64,000 nucleotides of DNA from Candidatus Obscuribacteraceae bacterium. GTDB taxonomy: Bacteria > Cyanobacteriota > Vampirovibrionia > Obscuribacterales > Obscuribacteraceae. The notes under the pieces are model-generated. The model searched no databases. It saw only the letters and a program-made list of their open reading frames with translations, and was not told the origin of the DNA. Location of the stretch: NCBI GenBank assembly GCA_044226015.1, contig JBGAHS010000005.1, positions 256,001 through 320,000 on the forward strand. Reading direction: 5' to 3'. Below are positions 27,399 to 39,469 of this stretch, piece by piece. Both the position numbers and the translations under genes were made by a program. How positions within the stretch are numbered: position 1 is the stretch's first letter; every line of letters starts with the position of its first letter.

Positions 27399-27651
27399 GA
27401 GCGCCGGGATCTTTCTGGCTTCGAGTGGCAGCGCCTGTATCCTGCCGCTTCGTGTGTGTGTGTCCCGCATCCTGCCGGCTTCGTGGGGAGCGCCGCATCC
27501 TGCCAGCCTTCGTGTGCGAGCATCTGTATCCTGCCAGCTTCGAGTGTGTGTCCCGCATCCTGCCAGCTTCGCATCGGGAGGTGCTTCCACGAAGCCCTAG
27601 AAGATGCGAACGAAAATGCAATAAAGCCGGCTGGATGTCGGCGGTCCCGGG
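27399..27651. repeat. Cluster of six tandem ~29-30 bp REP-like units plus one inverted copy
   Basis: Core G(C/T)ATCCTGCC(A/G)GCTTCG repeated 27399-27571; inverted copy at 27625-27651. Confidence 0.8.
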
Positions 27652-27738
27652 CATTGTGTAGTTAAGATAAAAAGAAAAACGCAGCATCTAGTCCTCAGGC
27701 GCTGCATTTGTTAATTCTAGAAAGCACCATAGGTGGTG

Positions 27739-28032
27739 CTAGATTATGGTCAAACCTTCTTGACCCTTCTGCCAGAAGTAAATAGGTACTCCGTTGGCAT
27801 TAATGTAGAGCCATTCGCTCACCCCTGAACTTGGCGGGGTTGCCATTATTTCCCAGGTTTCTTTGCCTTCAAATTTAACTTTGTAGACACCGCCTTCGCC
27901 TTGTATATCCGGCTGAGCGACGGTTTTGACATGCTCAGCAGACTGCTGCATTAACGTTTTTCGGCTGTATTCGGCGCTTTTCGTCCAACCCTTTAAGGTC
28001 TTATAATGACTATTGGTGTTAGCGTTGAACAT
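27739..28032 (-). CDS. Hypothetical protein (possibly a fragment)
   Basis: 97-aa ORF, RBS GAGGG. Confidence 0.55.
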   Translation of the reverse strand: MFNANTNSHYKTLKGWTKSAEYSRKTLMQQSAEHVKTVAQPDIQGEGGVYKVKFEGKETWEIMATPPSSGVSEWLYINANGVPIYFWQKGQEGLTII

Positions 28033-28124
28033 TTCTTCGCCCTCAGTTCTATTGGTTTCAACAACAATTGCATTCTAATCCAATTTTCAATATATAGCCA
28101 TCTAGCTAGCGTCACCCAAATATA

Positions 28125-28151
28125 TGACCGATGTCACCGCGAGGTAATGAC
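28125..28151. promoter_or_regulatory. Putative response-regulator binding site
   Basis: TGAC-N4-GTCA at 28125-28136 plus a second TGAC half-site at 28148, directly upstream of the HK-RR operon. Confidence 0.35.
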
Positions 28152-28156
28152 CTGAA

Positions 28157-29401
28157 ATGAAGTTCTGGCCGTCAATTCGAAACAAAGCGATGACCGAGCA
28201 AGAAGAACAAGAGATGCAGTACATCAATGCTGACCTCTTGAGAAAGGTGGTTTATTTTGAGTGGATTTTAATTGTCATTTGCGCTTTGGGAGAATATGCG
28301 TCTCTAAGTTGGAGCGTACATGACCCTGGCAGTCCGAGTGAAGCACCAAACATGGTGACTTCCCTTATATTTCTTTTCATCGTTTTCCTCTTGAGCTTCG
28401 TCAACCCGAATAGAAGTTCCTATTGGGACAGAATGTGTTTTCTCTTTCTAGAAATCGTTACGGTTACTGGAAGCGCTGCAGCGGGACTTTCTCGCTTTGT
28501 CTTTCCACTATATATGGTGTCAGTTGCAAAAGCCTGTCTTGTACTAGACCGACCTGGTCAGCTAATCATTTTTGTTGCAGCGCTGATTACCCAGTTTGCA
28601 AATGGGTGCTTCAAATTCTATATCATTACGCCATGGGTGCAGCACGACCCGTTTTCACTGGCTTCCCTTCTGACCATGGGTGGGATTTCGGTAGTAAATA
28701 ATTATGCCGCGATATCTATGATGGTGCTGGTTGCAATTCTTACTTTAACACTGGTATCAGAGCAAGCTGCACGTTTGGAAGCAGATAGAATGAGTCGCGA
28801 AGTGGAAAATCTCGCGACTGAGCTTGAGCGCACGAGAATTGCTCAAGAGATTCACGATAGCCTTGGGCATACTTTAACCTCGCTGAATATACAGTTGGAG
28901 GTCGCTCGAAAGTTTTCCGACCGCGATCAAAAACGCTCTCATGATGCTCTTGAGTTAGCGAAGCAGTTGGCTAGCCAATCATTAACGGACGTTCGTACAG
29001 CCATTCAATCTATTCGGCATCCTGATTTTGATCTTAAAGAGTCTGTAAACAGTCTCGCAAAGCAAATGCAGGCTTCCCAGACGCTGGAAGTTAAGGTTGA
29101 AATTGGCGACACTAATATTAATTCGACAGTTTCTTATCAGCTCTTTCGCATTATTCAGGAATGTTTGACTAACGTTATGAAGCATGCAAACGCGAGTGTC
29201 GTAAATGTCGTTTTGAAACAGGAAGGCAAGAAAATCGAGTTGGTAGTGTCAGATAATGGAAAAGGTTTGACGAATCAAGGGAATTCTAAGGGCTTTGGTA
29301 TAAGAGGCATGCAAGAAAGGGTAGAAAGTTTGCATGGAACTGTTGAAATTCAGAGCGCGCCGGGAAAAGGTACAAGTTTGCAGGTGAGTATACCGATATG
29401 A
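28157..29401 (+). CDS. Membrane sensor histidine kinase (HisKA_3 type)
   Basis: Several TM helices; ERTRIAQEIHDSLGH, QECLTNVMKHA, DNGKG, GFGIRGMQER. Confidence 0.93.
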   Translation: MKFWPSIRNKAMTEQEEQEMQYINADLLRKVVYFEWILIVICALGEYASLSWSVHDPGSPSEAPNMVTSLIFLFIVFLLSFVNPNRSSYWDRMCFLFLEIVTVTGSAAAGLSRFVFPLYMVSVAKACLVLDRPGQLIIFVAALITQFANGCFKFYIITPWVQHDPFSLASLLTMGGISVVNNYAAISMMVLVAILTLTLVSEQAARLEADRMSREVENLATELERTRIAQEIHDSLGHTLTSLNIQLEVARKFSDRDQKRSHDALELAKQLASQSLTDVRTAIQSIRHPDFDLKESVNSLAKQMQASQTLEVKVEIGDTNINSTVSYQLFRIIQECLTNVMKHANASVVNVVLKQEGKKIELVVSDNGKGLTNQGNSKGFGIRGMQERVESLHGTVEIQSAPGKGTSLQVSIPI

Positions 29402-30033
29402 TTCGACTTCTGTTAGTGGACGACCAAACGCTCATTAGACAAGGACTTGCGTCGCTTCTTTCTTTGGAAGACGACTTTGAGATCGTTGGACATGCTGGGC
29501 ACGGGGCTGAGGCTGTGTCACTTGTGGAGTCTCTGACTCCCGACCTGATTTTGATGGACATTCGCATGCCGGTAATGGATGGTGTGGCAGCGACAAGAAC
29601 TATTCGTGAAAAGCACCCAAACGTGCGTATTCTAGTTCTAACTACATTTGATGAAGACGAGTATATTGTGCAGGCAATGCAGGCTGGTGCTTCTGGTTAC
29701 TTGTTGAAGGATGCACCAACGGAAGAATTGGCTGCGGCAATTCGTTCTGTACATAAGGGCAATACTCAACTTGGTCCTAAGATCGGGGAGAAATTGCTTT
29801 CTCGTTTGAGTGCGCCTCAGTCAAATCAGGCTAAAGAAGAGGCTCAGTCTATGTTTACCGGACGCGAGCTGGAAATTTTGAAGTTGCTTGGTCAAGGCAA
29901 AAGCAACAAAGAAATTGCGCAGGGGCTGTTCATTACGGAAGGAACAGTGAAAAATCACATCACTAAGATTTTGTCTTTGCTTAACGTTAGAGACCGCACG
30001 CAGGCTGCTCTCTGGGCTGAGAAAAATCTCTAA
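29398..30033 (+). CDS. NarL/LuxR-family response regulator
   Basis: LVDDQ, LMDIRMP, TTFD; HTH SNKEIAQGLFITEGTVKNH; ATGA overlap with the kinase gene. Confidence 0.95.
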   Translation: MIRLLLVDDQTLIRQGLASLLSLEDDFEIVGHAGHGAEAVSLVESLTPDLILMDIRMPVMDGVAATRTIREKHPNVRILVLTTFDEDEYIVQAMQAGASGYLLKDAPTEELAAAIRSVHKGNTQLGPKIGEKLLSRLSAPQSNQAKEEAQSMFTGRELEILKLLGQGKSNKEIAQGLFITEGTVKNHITKILSLLNVRDRTQAALWAEKNL

Positions 30034-30037
30034 ACCT

Positions 30038-30112
30038 GGGAGCATCGGCATTCTTCGGGATCATGGCAGCGTCTGAGAGCGCCGGCATCCTGCCGGCTTC
30101 TGGATCATGGCA
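30038..30112. repeat. Two REP-like units, one a perfect palindrome GCCGGCA-TCC-TGCCGGC
   Basis: Palindrome 30081-30097; GGATCATGGCA repeated at 30058 and 30102; between convergent genes. Confidence 0.7.
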
Positions 30113-30117
30113 ATTAC

Positions 30118-30927
30118 TTACTTCGAACTGCGAAACCACTGACAGAAGTTTTGCCACCAATTGGTTTTCGCACTTCCGCCCAATAACCGTAAAGCTTCCT
30201 GACTGCTCTCCAATCTTGCTTCAAGGTAGCCTATCTTGTAATTAGCCGTCTCCAGCTTATTTCGAGTTTCCTGATAGTGCGTATCAATTAATTCGAGCTT
30301 GGTACGAAGCTCTATCAATTCTTTGTAAGTTGAAAGTGGAACAGCTGCACAATCTTTGGTTTCTTCATCGGCTTCGTAAACTTCCAAATACTCGGTTTTT
30401 GTCTCTTGTCCTATAATCGGCTCCGCATCGGTCACTGACCGGGAAGCTGTTGTAATTTTGTCAGGACTGAAGTCTAGAGTAGCTGTAACGTTCACATCAA
30501 TGGTAGTGCTAGCATTCAAATCTTCCGTGGCATTGACTGATTCCACGCCATTAGTTGCGGTGCTTGATAGGGAATCACCATCTGCGGTGCCTCTTTCAGT
30601 AGCCAGCTCTCGATTTTCCGAATTCTGTTTTGCTTCAGTGGTTGATTGGGCACCATTTCGTTGAACCCAAATAGGCTTGACGCGCCATGCGCTGCCATAA
30701 CCTCTTTTTACTCGGTAACCCGGCAGTATGCCGTCCTCGAGACGACGAATAACAGCGCCTTTAGAGAGACCGAGGACACGGGCTGTTTCTTCGACCGTCC
30801 AATCCTGTTCGCCTGTTTCACCGGATGTGGTGCTTTCTATCAAGTCTTTTGGAACATTTGAATCCAGCAGGTCCTCAAGTCCGTTAAGGCTGAGATCTGT
30901 ACCGCTGTTTTTGAGTTCCGGTTGCAT
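30118..30927 (-). CDS. Helix-turn-helix (excisionase/MerR-like) protein with C-terminal coiled coil and amphipathic tail
   Basis: WTVEETARVLGLSKGAVIRRLEDGILPG; NYKIGYLEARL coiled coil; WWQNFCQWF; RBS GGAGG. Confidence 0.8.
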   Translation of the reverse strand: MQPELKNSGTDLSLNGLEDLLDSNVPKDLIESTTSGETGEQDWTVEETARVLGLSKGAVIRRLEDGILPGYRVKRGYGSAWRVKPIWVQRNGAQSTTEAKQNSENRELATERGTADGDSLSSTATNGVESVNATEDLNASTTIDVNVTATLDFSPDKITTASRSVTDAEPIIGQETKTEYLEVYEADEETKDCAAVPLSTYKELIELRTKLELIDTHYQETRNKLETANYKIGYLEARLESSQEALRLLGGSAKTNWWQNFCQWFRSSK

Positions 30928-31100
30928 GCACTATCCTCCACGCATGGTGTCACTTATTATGCCTTTCTGCGCCGGGCTTGTCCAGACTTGCATGAGTAAA
31001 TATGCATAGATACACAAGGTGCATAAGCAAAGTTGCAATTGTATATAGAACTAATGGCGGTGCCTGCAAGAAAGCTGGGGAGATGAGATAGAATTCTTCT

Positions 31101-31700
31101 ATGTCAAGAAAGAGTAGATCGAAGCTTTCGCGTGATTTCTTTGCCCGACCAACTGTAGAGCTAGCTCCTGAGCTATTGGGAATGAAGCTGTGTCGTAGAT
31201 TGGCTGACGGTAGTGTAGTAAAGGCAGAGATTGTAGAAGTGGAGGCGTACACCGCAGATGACCCCGCTTGCCATGCCTGGCGAGGTAAGACCAAGCGCTG
31301 CGAGGTGATGTTTGGTCCGCCTGGGTTCTCATATGTCTATTTCATTTATGGGATGTACAATTGCTTGAACGTTGTCACTGAACCAGATGGAACAGCTGGG
31401 GCTATCCTGATTCGTGCAATCGGAGTTGATGGTGGAAATGGACCTGGAAAATTGTGCAAGACCTGGGAAATCAATCGAGAACATAACGGAATTGATTTGC
31501 TAAACCCAGATGGCGAGCTATTTCTTGAAGACGGTCGTAAGTTGGATCCATCTGAGCTAGGTGTTTCCATTCGAGTCGGCATCTCCGTTGCTCAGGAAAA
31601 TTTGTGGAGATTTTTTGTGAAGGGGCATCCATATATTTCAGTTGCAAATGTCAAAGCCAAAGTGCCTAAAAAGAAGAAGAGAAAAGCCGATGGTTCGTAA
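31101..31700 (+). CDS. mpg: 3-methyladenine DNA glycosylase (MPG/AAG family)
   Basis: IVEVEAY, DPACHA, MFGPPGFSYVYFIYGMYNCLNVV, GPGKLC, RVGIS. Confidence 0.93.
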   Translation: MSRKSRSKLSRDFFARPTVELAPELLGMKLCRRLADGSVVKAEIVEVEAYTADDPACHAWRGKTKRCEVMFGPPGFSYVYFIYGMYNCLNVVTEPDGTAGAILIRAIGVDGGNGPGKLCKTWEINREHNGIDLLNPDGELFLEDGRKLDPSELGVSIRVGISVAQENLWRFFVKGHPYISVANVKAKVPKKKKRKADGS

Positions 31701-32157
31701 GTTCCAAATCTCATACAGTTTGATACTGGTGCTCATATGGATGGCAGTTATATTCGGCTTTTCGCATCAAGCGAATTCAAATGAGATGACCAAGTCTGTA
31801 CTTGGTCCGTTAAATATTCTTGTGCGTAAGTGTGCGCATATGACAGAGTATGCGGTCTTGTTTCTTTTATCTTTGAACCTCTCTCAGCAGATAGCTCGCA
31901 CGAATTTTGGAAAAACAAGAGTTATTTATGGATTTTTCTTGAGTGGATTGAGATTAACAAAGCCAAAACGTATGGCTGATCTGTTGTCCGCTTTTGCAGC
32001 GCCCTTCATGATTGCTTTCTTGTATGCATGCACGGATGAATGGCATCAATCTTTTGTGCCTGGGCGAAGCGCCGCATTCTCAGATGTAGTTGTCGACAGC
32101 ACAGGTATTTTGTTTGCAGCATGTGTTGTTGCTTTTCTTGCTATTTCTCGGAAATAA
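31690..32157 (+). CDS. VanZ-like family membrane protein
   Basis: WMAVIFGFS, RKCAHMTEY, YACTDEWHQSFVPGR. Confidence 0.88.
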   Translation: MVRKFQISYSLILVLIWMAVIFGFSHQANSNEMTKSVLGPLNILVRKCAHMTEYAVLFLLSLNLSQQIARTNFGKTRVIYGFFLSGLRLTKPKRMADLLSAFAAPFMIAFLYACTDEWHQSFVPGRSAAFSDVVVDSTGILFAACVVAFLAISRK

Positions 32158-32281
32158 ATCAGTTTCGGAACTGGTGGAGAATATTGTCGGTTCAGTCCAA
32201 AGTTTGGATCACCTTGAAGTTTCACATTAAATTTACCATCCCTGCTTACTATCAACTAAGTGGGGCTGGCGGGGTTGGGTT

Positions 32282-33736
32282 ATGAGTATTTCATCAGAGA
32301 GTAGGTCCAGAGATTCTGCCAATACACGAGGTGATGATTCTATTGCTAGTGGAGGACTTTCACAAGCCAGCGAGCGGTTTCGTCTCGACATTCCTGACCT
32401 ATTCGCTGGAAGTGGAACTGGTAAGGGCAGGACAGAATCACAGAGCCGTGAGCCTGTTCAGTTAGCGCATGCTGGACATGCAAATAATGATTACGGGGCT
32501 ACTTTGCTCCGTTCTGCTGGAGATAAAAACGGTTCCGAAAATGCAGCTTCAGGCGCTAAGCCAGAGCAGGCTCAAATTGGGAGAACTAATTCTAGCGAAA
32601 GGGGAGACCGAGTAAATGAGCGTCTTGCTGAAAAACAGTTTTCTGAGTTTGCTAAAAACAACGGACTTGATCTCAAAGTAGGTCCTGATAAGAAAATTGA
32701 ATTTAGCCTGGTGAGGAGCGGAGAAAAAGTTGTTATTGGAAATGTCGAACCCACAAAGGCGGGCTTGCAGGAGATCAGCAAGACTGTTAAAGAGATGACG
32801 GAACTGAAGAAATGGGATTTGGAACAGCGCTTAGGAACTCAATTTGCTAAGCCCGGAGGCGACCTCTCTGTTCATCAGCAAGTTCCGCAGAAAGATGGTT
32901 CTACCAAATCTGGTCAAAAATTAGAATTAAGAGAGCCTCGCTTATCCGAATTGATGGGAATTGAAGCCGCACTTGAAAAAGCGAATCCGTCACATAAGGC
33001 CGAAGATGGCGCCCGACCTCTGACATTTTACTTCTTGAAAGACAAGACCTTTTATCAGGGAGCCGGTGGAGTTGCCACTTTCGAGCCGAATATAAATGGT
33101 GGTCCAGCCGTGGTTGTCGAACCCAAATCGCTTGTGAATTCTCCAATAACCGAGCAAGAACGGAAGAATAATGATTTTACAGCACACCGAAGCATTGCAA
33201 GCGTCATAACCCATGAACTCGCTCATCATACTGAAGAGCGTATAAATCCTACGCTGAAGGATAAAACTGAGACTTACCGGCAGATTGGGTGGACTCCAAT
33301 TCCTGGTAAACCTGCTTCTGCTGGTGGTGAGCAACATTGGATGTTAAAAGGACCCAATGGTGAAGGATACGCTCCTGCTGGACTTGCAAAAGGAGATTGG
33401 ATTCGTTTCGATGCAAACGGAAAACGACTCGGCAAGATTAGCCCTGAGCAAGCAGCGAATTTAGCGCTAGTTAAACCGTCTACAAAGTACTTTGAAGGTC
33501 CCCATGAAATGTTAGCCGAAGGTCTTACGATGCTTAGAATTGGCGATAGCCATCGCTCTCATTTAATGAACCGCGATCAATCGCTTTACCAGACCATTAA
33601 GGCAGCTGACCAGAAAGACATCGATAAGAGCTACGGAGCGGGACAGTTTATGCGTTCCTATTCTGGTCATGTTGTTCCAAGAAATGCCGAGAATCTTAGA
33701 GCGCTTCAGCAAAGAGAAATGCAAGAGCGCAGATAG
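32282..33736 (+). CDS. Hypothetical protein with C-terminal putative zinc metallopeptidase domain
   Basis: THELAHH (HExxH) and downstream YFEGPHEMLAEG; disordered N-terminus, no signal peptide. Confidence 0.75.
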   Translation: MSISSESRSRDSANTRGDDSIASGGLSQASERFRLDIPDLFAGSGTGKGRTESQSREPVQLAHAGHANNDYGATLLRSAGDKNGSENAASGAKPEQAQIGRTNSSERGDRVNERLAEKQFSEFAKNNGLDLKVGPDKKIEFSLVRSGEKVVIGNVEPTKAGLQEISKTVKEMTELKKWDLEQRLGTQFAKPGGDLSVHQQVPQKDGSTKSGQKLELREPRLSELMGIEAALEKANPSHKAEDGARPLTFYFLKDKTFYQGAGGVATFEPNINGGPAVVVEPKSLVNSPITEQERKNNDFTAHRSIASVITHELAHHTEERINPTLKDKTETYRQIGWTPIPGKPASAGGEQHWMLKGPNGEGYAPAGLAKGDWIRFDANGKRLGKISPEQAANLALVKPSTKYFEGPHEMLAEGLTMLRIGDSHRSHLMNRDQSLYQTIKAADQKDIDKSYGAGQFMRSYSGHVVPRNAENLRALQQREMQERR

Positions 33737-33808
33737 AATAGTTCTCTGCTAAAAGAACATGTTGCTTCCTCCACAAGCATGTAAAATGCCTTTTGAGAGG
33801 AGAAAAAT

Positions 33809-34264
33809 ATGCCAAATCATATTTTGATTGAGCGAAGCTTCAAGTTGCCTTCCTGGAATGAATTTGTTATAGATAAAATTCATAGATATTGGAAAACGCA
33901 AAAGTTCAGCCTGAGGGAGAAGTCTCGCTATTCGATTCGTGGATGGAGAGGCAGCCTTTTTGGCAATTGTTTTTCTTTTGATATGAAAAACTTGATGGCT
34001 GAAATCCAGATTGATTGGAACAGTGAAAGATGCGAGCTTGCTGTAAAGCTGCGAGTCAATACCATGATGCAGGTAATGACTGAGTGGAATGAGGAATTTT
34101 TGAAGTTGGAACTTGATACTTTCGAGAGTTACTTGCTTAATAGCGATATGAAGGAAGCAATGTGGCAGCGATTTATTGAAGCTTATAACAAGGCTGGTGG
34201 TTCCTGGATTATGACCCAGGGTAAGGAAGGAACAAAAATTCGTCCAGAAGATCGAACCTGGTAA
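33809..34264 (+). CDS. Hypothetical protein
   Basis: 151-aa ORF with strong RBS GAGGAG. Confidence 0.75.
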   Translation: MPNHILIERSFKLPSWNEFVIDKIHRYWKTQKFSLREKSRYSIRGWRGSLFGNCFSFDMKNLMAEIQIDWNSERCELAVKLRVNTMMQVMTEWNEEFLKLELDTFESYLLNSDMKEAMWQRFIEAYNKAGGSWIMTQGKEGTKIRPEDRTW

Positions 34265-34413
34265 TAGATGAGATCCGCGGGAATCTGATGCTTTCATAAG
34301 GAATGCTCTCGTGAAGAGCCTTTGAAGTTTTGATGTCTAGAGCAGGTCGTCTGTTTAGAATCCAATTTGCTGGTGGTATAGTCTAGTCCCGATTTTGGAG
34401 ACTTCCATGAACT

Positions 34414-34728
34414 CTGCATCAAAACAACGAGATCATTCGTTCATTCGAAGGTGCCGGTTCTAAGGTAAACGATAAATCAAATGTATTGGGTCCCAATTGG
34501 ACTCCTGGTAAAGATGGTGGGCAGAACCCTACAACGCTGCTAAAAGAGATGAAGCAAGAAAATAAGCGCGAGCAAAGGCAGTACAGGCAGACAATGGAGC
34601 AGAACATTGAACAGCAGCAGCTTGATTACGAGAAAAAGACTATTGAAAAACTAAAAGATCAGCGTAAAGGTATTTTAGGTGACGAGACTGAACTGAAGCA
34701 AGAGCGCAAGGAATCGGGGTCTGATTAG
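34414..34728 (+). CDS. Small charged coiled-coil protein, start uncertain
   Basis: Frame open from 34411 to TAG 34728; track start TTG 34486; the RBS-associated ATG 34407 is out of frame. Confidence 0.55.
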   Translation: MHQNNEIIRSFEGAGSKVNDKSNVLGPNWTPGKDGGQNPTTLLKEMKQENKREQRQYRQTMEQNIEQQQLDYEKKTIEKLKDQRKGILGDETELKQERKESGSD

Positions 34729-34895
34729 GACCATTTGATATTTGTCGCCATCGCCCCCGAATGTCGTGAATTCTTCAACTTGGATTATGTAGGCTTCGAT
34801 GTACGGATGCCTCGTTGATTCAAACATAATAGAGTGGGTATAGTAAGTTTAGCCCCCCACTCTGTTAATTACTCGTTGAAACAAACGGGGGCTTA

Positions 34896-36740
34896 ATGTC
34901 GTATTCACAAGAAAATGTTCCGCCTGTTATACAGGAAATTGCAGCGCAACTTCCTTCAGAGTACAGCGTTGTAGAGTTCCTTGGCGAAGGTGCACACGGC
35001 ATTGTTCTTAAGGCTCGCCATAAAACCCTTCAGCATTTTGTTGCATTGAAAATCATCAAAACTGATGGTTCTTCGGACATGCAAAAGCAGATTTTGCGCA
35101 TGCAAAATGAGGCAAAGGTTTTGGCTAGATTGTCACACCAGAACATAGTGCAGATCTACCAGATGGGTGCTTGCTCAGACGGCACACCTTTTCTTGTTTG
35201 TGAGTATATCGAGGGCGTGACGCTGGCGCAAATTTTAGCCACTGAGGAAACGCTCAGCCCTCGAAAAGTATTGGAGATATTCACCCAGATTCTTGATGCC
35301 TTAGACTGCGCGCACCTTAATGGGCTACTTCATCGAGACCTCAAGCCAGGCAATGTAATGATAATTGTCGATCAAGAAACGGGAAGTCTGCATGTTAAGT
35401 TGTTAGATTTTGGCATTGCTCGCGAACTTAGCAGCGGTGAGGCAAAGTTGAATCTGACGAGAACAATTCAATTGTCTGGTAGCGCCCCATACATGAGCCC
35501 TGAACAGTGCCGAGGTGGAAAGCTCGACGCACGGTCTGATTTGTATTCAGTAGCTTGTATGCTATACGAGTGTCTTTGCGGTACGCCACCATTCGTTGGT
35601 GAAACTCCGATGCATACCCGATATTTGCAGATTCACCAGCAAGCGACGCTGCCGTCTGCAGGGAAATTTGAAAATACAGGCAGCCGTGCAGCTGTTTTTG
35701 CTTTGACATTGCAGGCTTTAGCTAAAGACATGGACTCCAGACCCGAGTCAGCACGCCTGTTTAAATCCAGTTTGATTGAATCGCTTCCGGGCGCCGCGAA
35801 ACGAAATGCGTGGACAAGCAAAACTCATAAGAGAGGGACTTTCTTAGCGACTACCCTGTTCTTGTGTATTGTTGCTGCTGGAGCCTATTTCGTTCATTCG
35901 AAGGATGTTTCAATGAAAATCTCTGTTGCTTCAGTGAAAACAAAGCCTTCACTCCGCCACCAATCTCCTAAGCAGCAACTCGCTCAACTGATACTGCAGA
36001 AAGAAAAATTTGTCTACACAGGTTATGCTGACTGTAATGAGAAGGCGCTTCGACTGAGGCACGACATTTTGGAGACACTCAAGAAAATATCGCCAAAAGA
36101 GCGTGGCATTCTGTATATGGGATATCGGACTGTTGCCTCAATTGAAACTCGTCTTGGTCTTCAGGACAACGAGGCAACCTGGAAAAAAGCACTCTCATTT
36201 TGCAAATTGTCAAATGGTGAGTACACAGTTGAGGCCTCGGACTGTTACGACAATCTGTCTGAAATTTATTTGGGTAGAAGAGAATACGATAAAGCTCAGA
36301 GCATGATTGGAACGGGAATAAAGCATGTACGCTTGCGAGAAAAGAAAATTGTAAATTTTGATTTGCCCACACTCTTAGACTTTAGAACAGGTCTTCATTA
36401 TCTCCCGATGCTGCGCCGTCGGGCAGAATTAGAATCAATACGCGGTGAAACTTCAAAGGTACTTGCTGATTTGTGCGAACTGGAAGAGTGCGAATTCAGA
36501 GATGGTAATCTCGACCTGGCTATTATGGATGAAGGAGCCATCATTAGCCTGTGGACTCAGTTTGGCCAGACAAGCAAAATTAAACCGTTTCTTCAACGAC
36601 GTATTGAGGGAATTGACTTAACCAACCGCGCAGACGCTAATAACAAGGCGAAAGCCTTTTTGCTGATCCAGCGGCACCTTGTGGATTTTCCTGATTTGAA
36701 AAAGAATGCGCAGGAACTTCATCGCCACTATAAGCTGTGA
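34896..36740 (+). CDS. Membrane-anchored Ser/Thr protein kinase with TPR-like C-terminal region
   Basis: LGEGAHG, VALK, HRDLKPGN, DFG, YMSPE, SDLYS; TM helix around aa 315-333. Confidence 0.92.
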   Translation: MSYSQENVPPVIQEIAAQLPSEYSVVEFLGEGAHGIVLKARHKTLQHFVALKIIKTDGSSDMQKQILRMQNEAKVLARLSHQNIVQIYQMGACSDGTPFLVCEYIEGVTLAQILATEETLSPRKVLEIFTQILDALDCAHLNGLLHRDLKPGNVMIIVDQETGSLHVKLLDFGIARELSSGEAKLNLTRTIQLSGSAPYMSPEQCRGGKLDARSDLYSVACMLYECLCGTPPFVGETPMHTRYLQIHQQATLPSAGKFENTGSRAAVFALTLQALAKDMDSRPESARLFKSSLIESLPGAAKRNAWTSKTHKRGTFLATTLFLCIVAAGAYFVHSKDVSMKISVASVKTKPSLRHQSPKQQLAQLILQKEKFVYTGYADCNEKALRLRHDILETLKKISPKERGILYMGYRTVASIETRLGLQDNEATWKKALSFCKLSNGEYTVEASDCYDNLSEIYLGRREYDKAQSMIGTGIKHVRLREKKIVNFDLPTLLDFRTGLHYLPMLRRRAELESIRGETSKVLADLCELEECEFRDGNLDLAIMDEGAIISLWTQFGQTSKIKPFLQRRIEGIDLTNRADANNKAKAFLLIQRHLVDFPDLKKNAQELHRHYKL

Positions 36741-36849
36741 GCTGCACGCTCGCGCTGTGAAAAATTTCGCTAGCTCCTTGAACAAAATATTGCAATTCGT
36801 TCATGGGTATATTTTGCAGGAGTTCCTTCTTCAAAGACGAAAATTATCA

Positions 36850-39469
<2,620 letters not shown>

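Noticed and set aside
27399..27571. CRISPR array
   Set aside because: Linkers are only ~10-14 nt and resemble each other, units are degenerate, and there are no cas genes; a REP-like cluster fits better
27310..27687. Six overlapping short ORFs on both strands
   Set aside because: They arise from the stop-poor GC-rich repeat; translations are repetitive and have no recognisable domain
30118..30927. Prophage or integrative-element excisionase
   Set aside because: No integrase, att-like repeats or phage genes nearby; flanked by housekeeping genes
31690..32157. Glycopeptide resistance locus
   Set aside because: Lone VanZ-like gene with no vanHAX or regulators; the family is widespread
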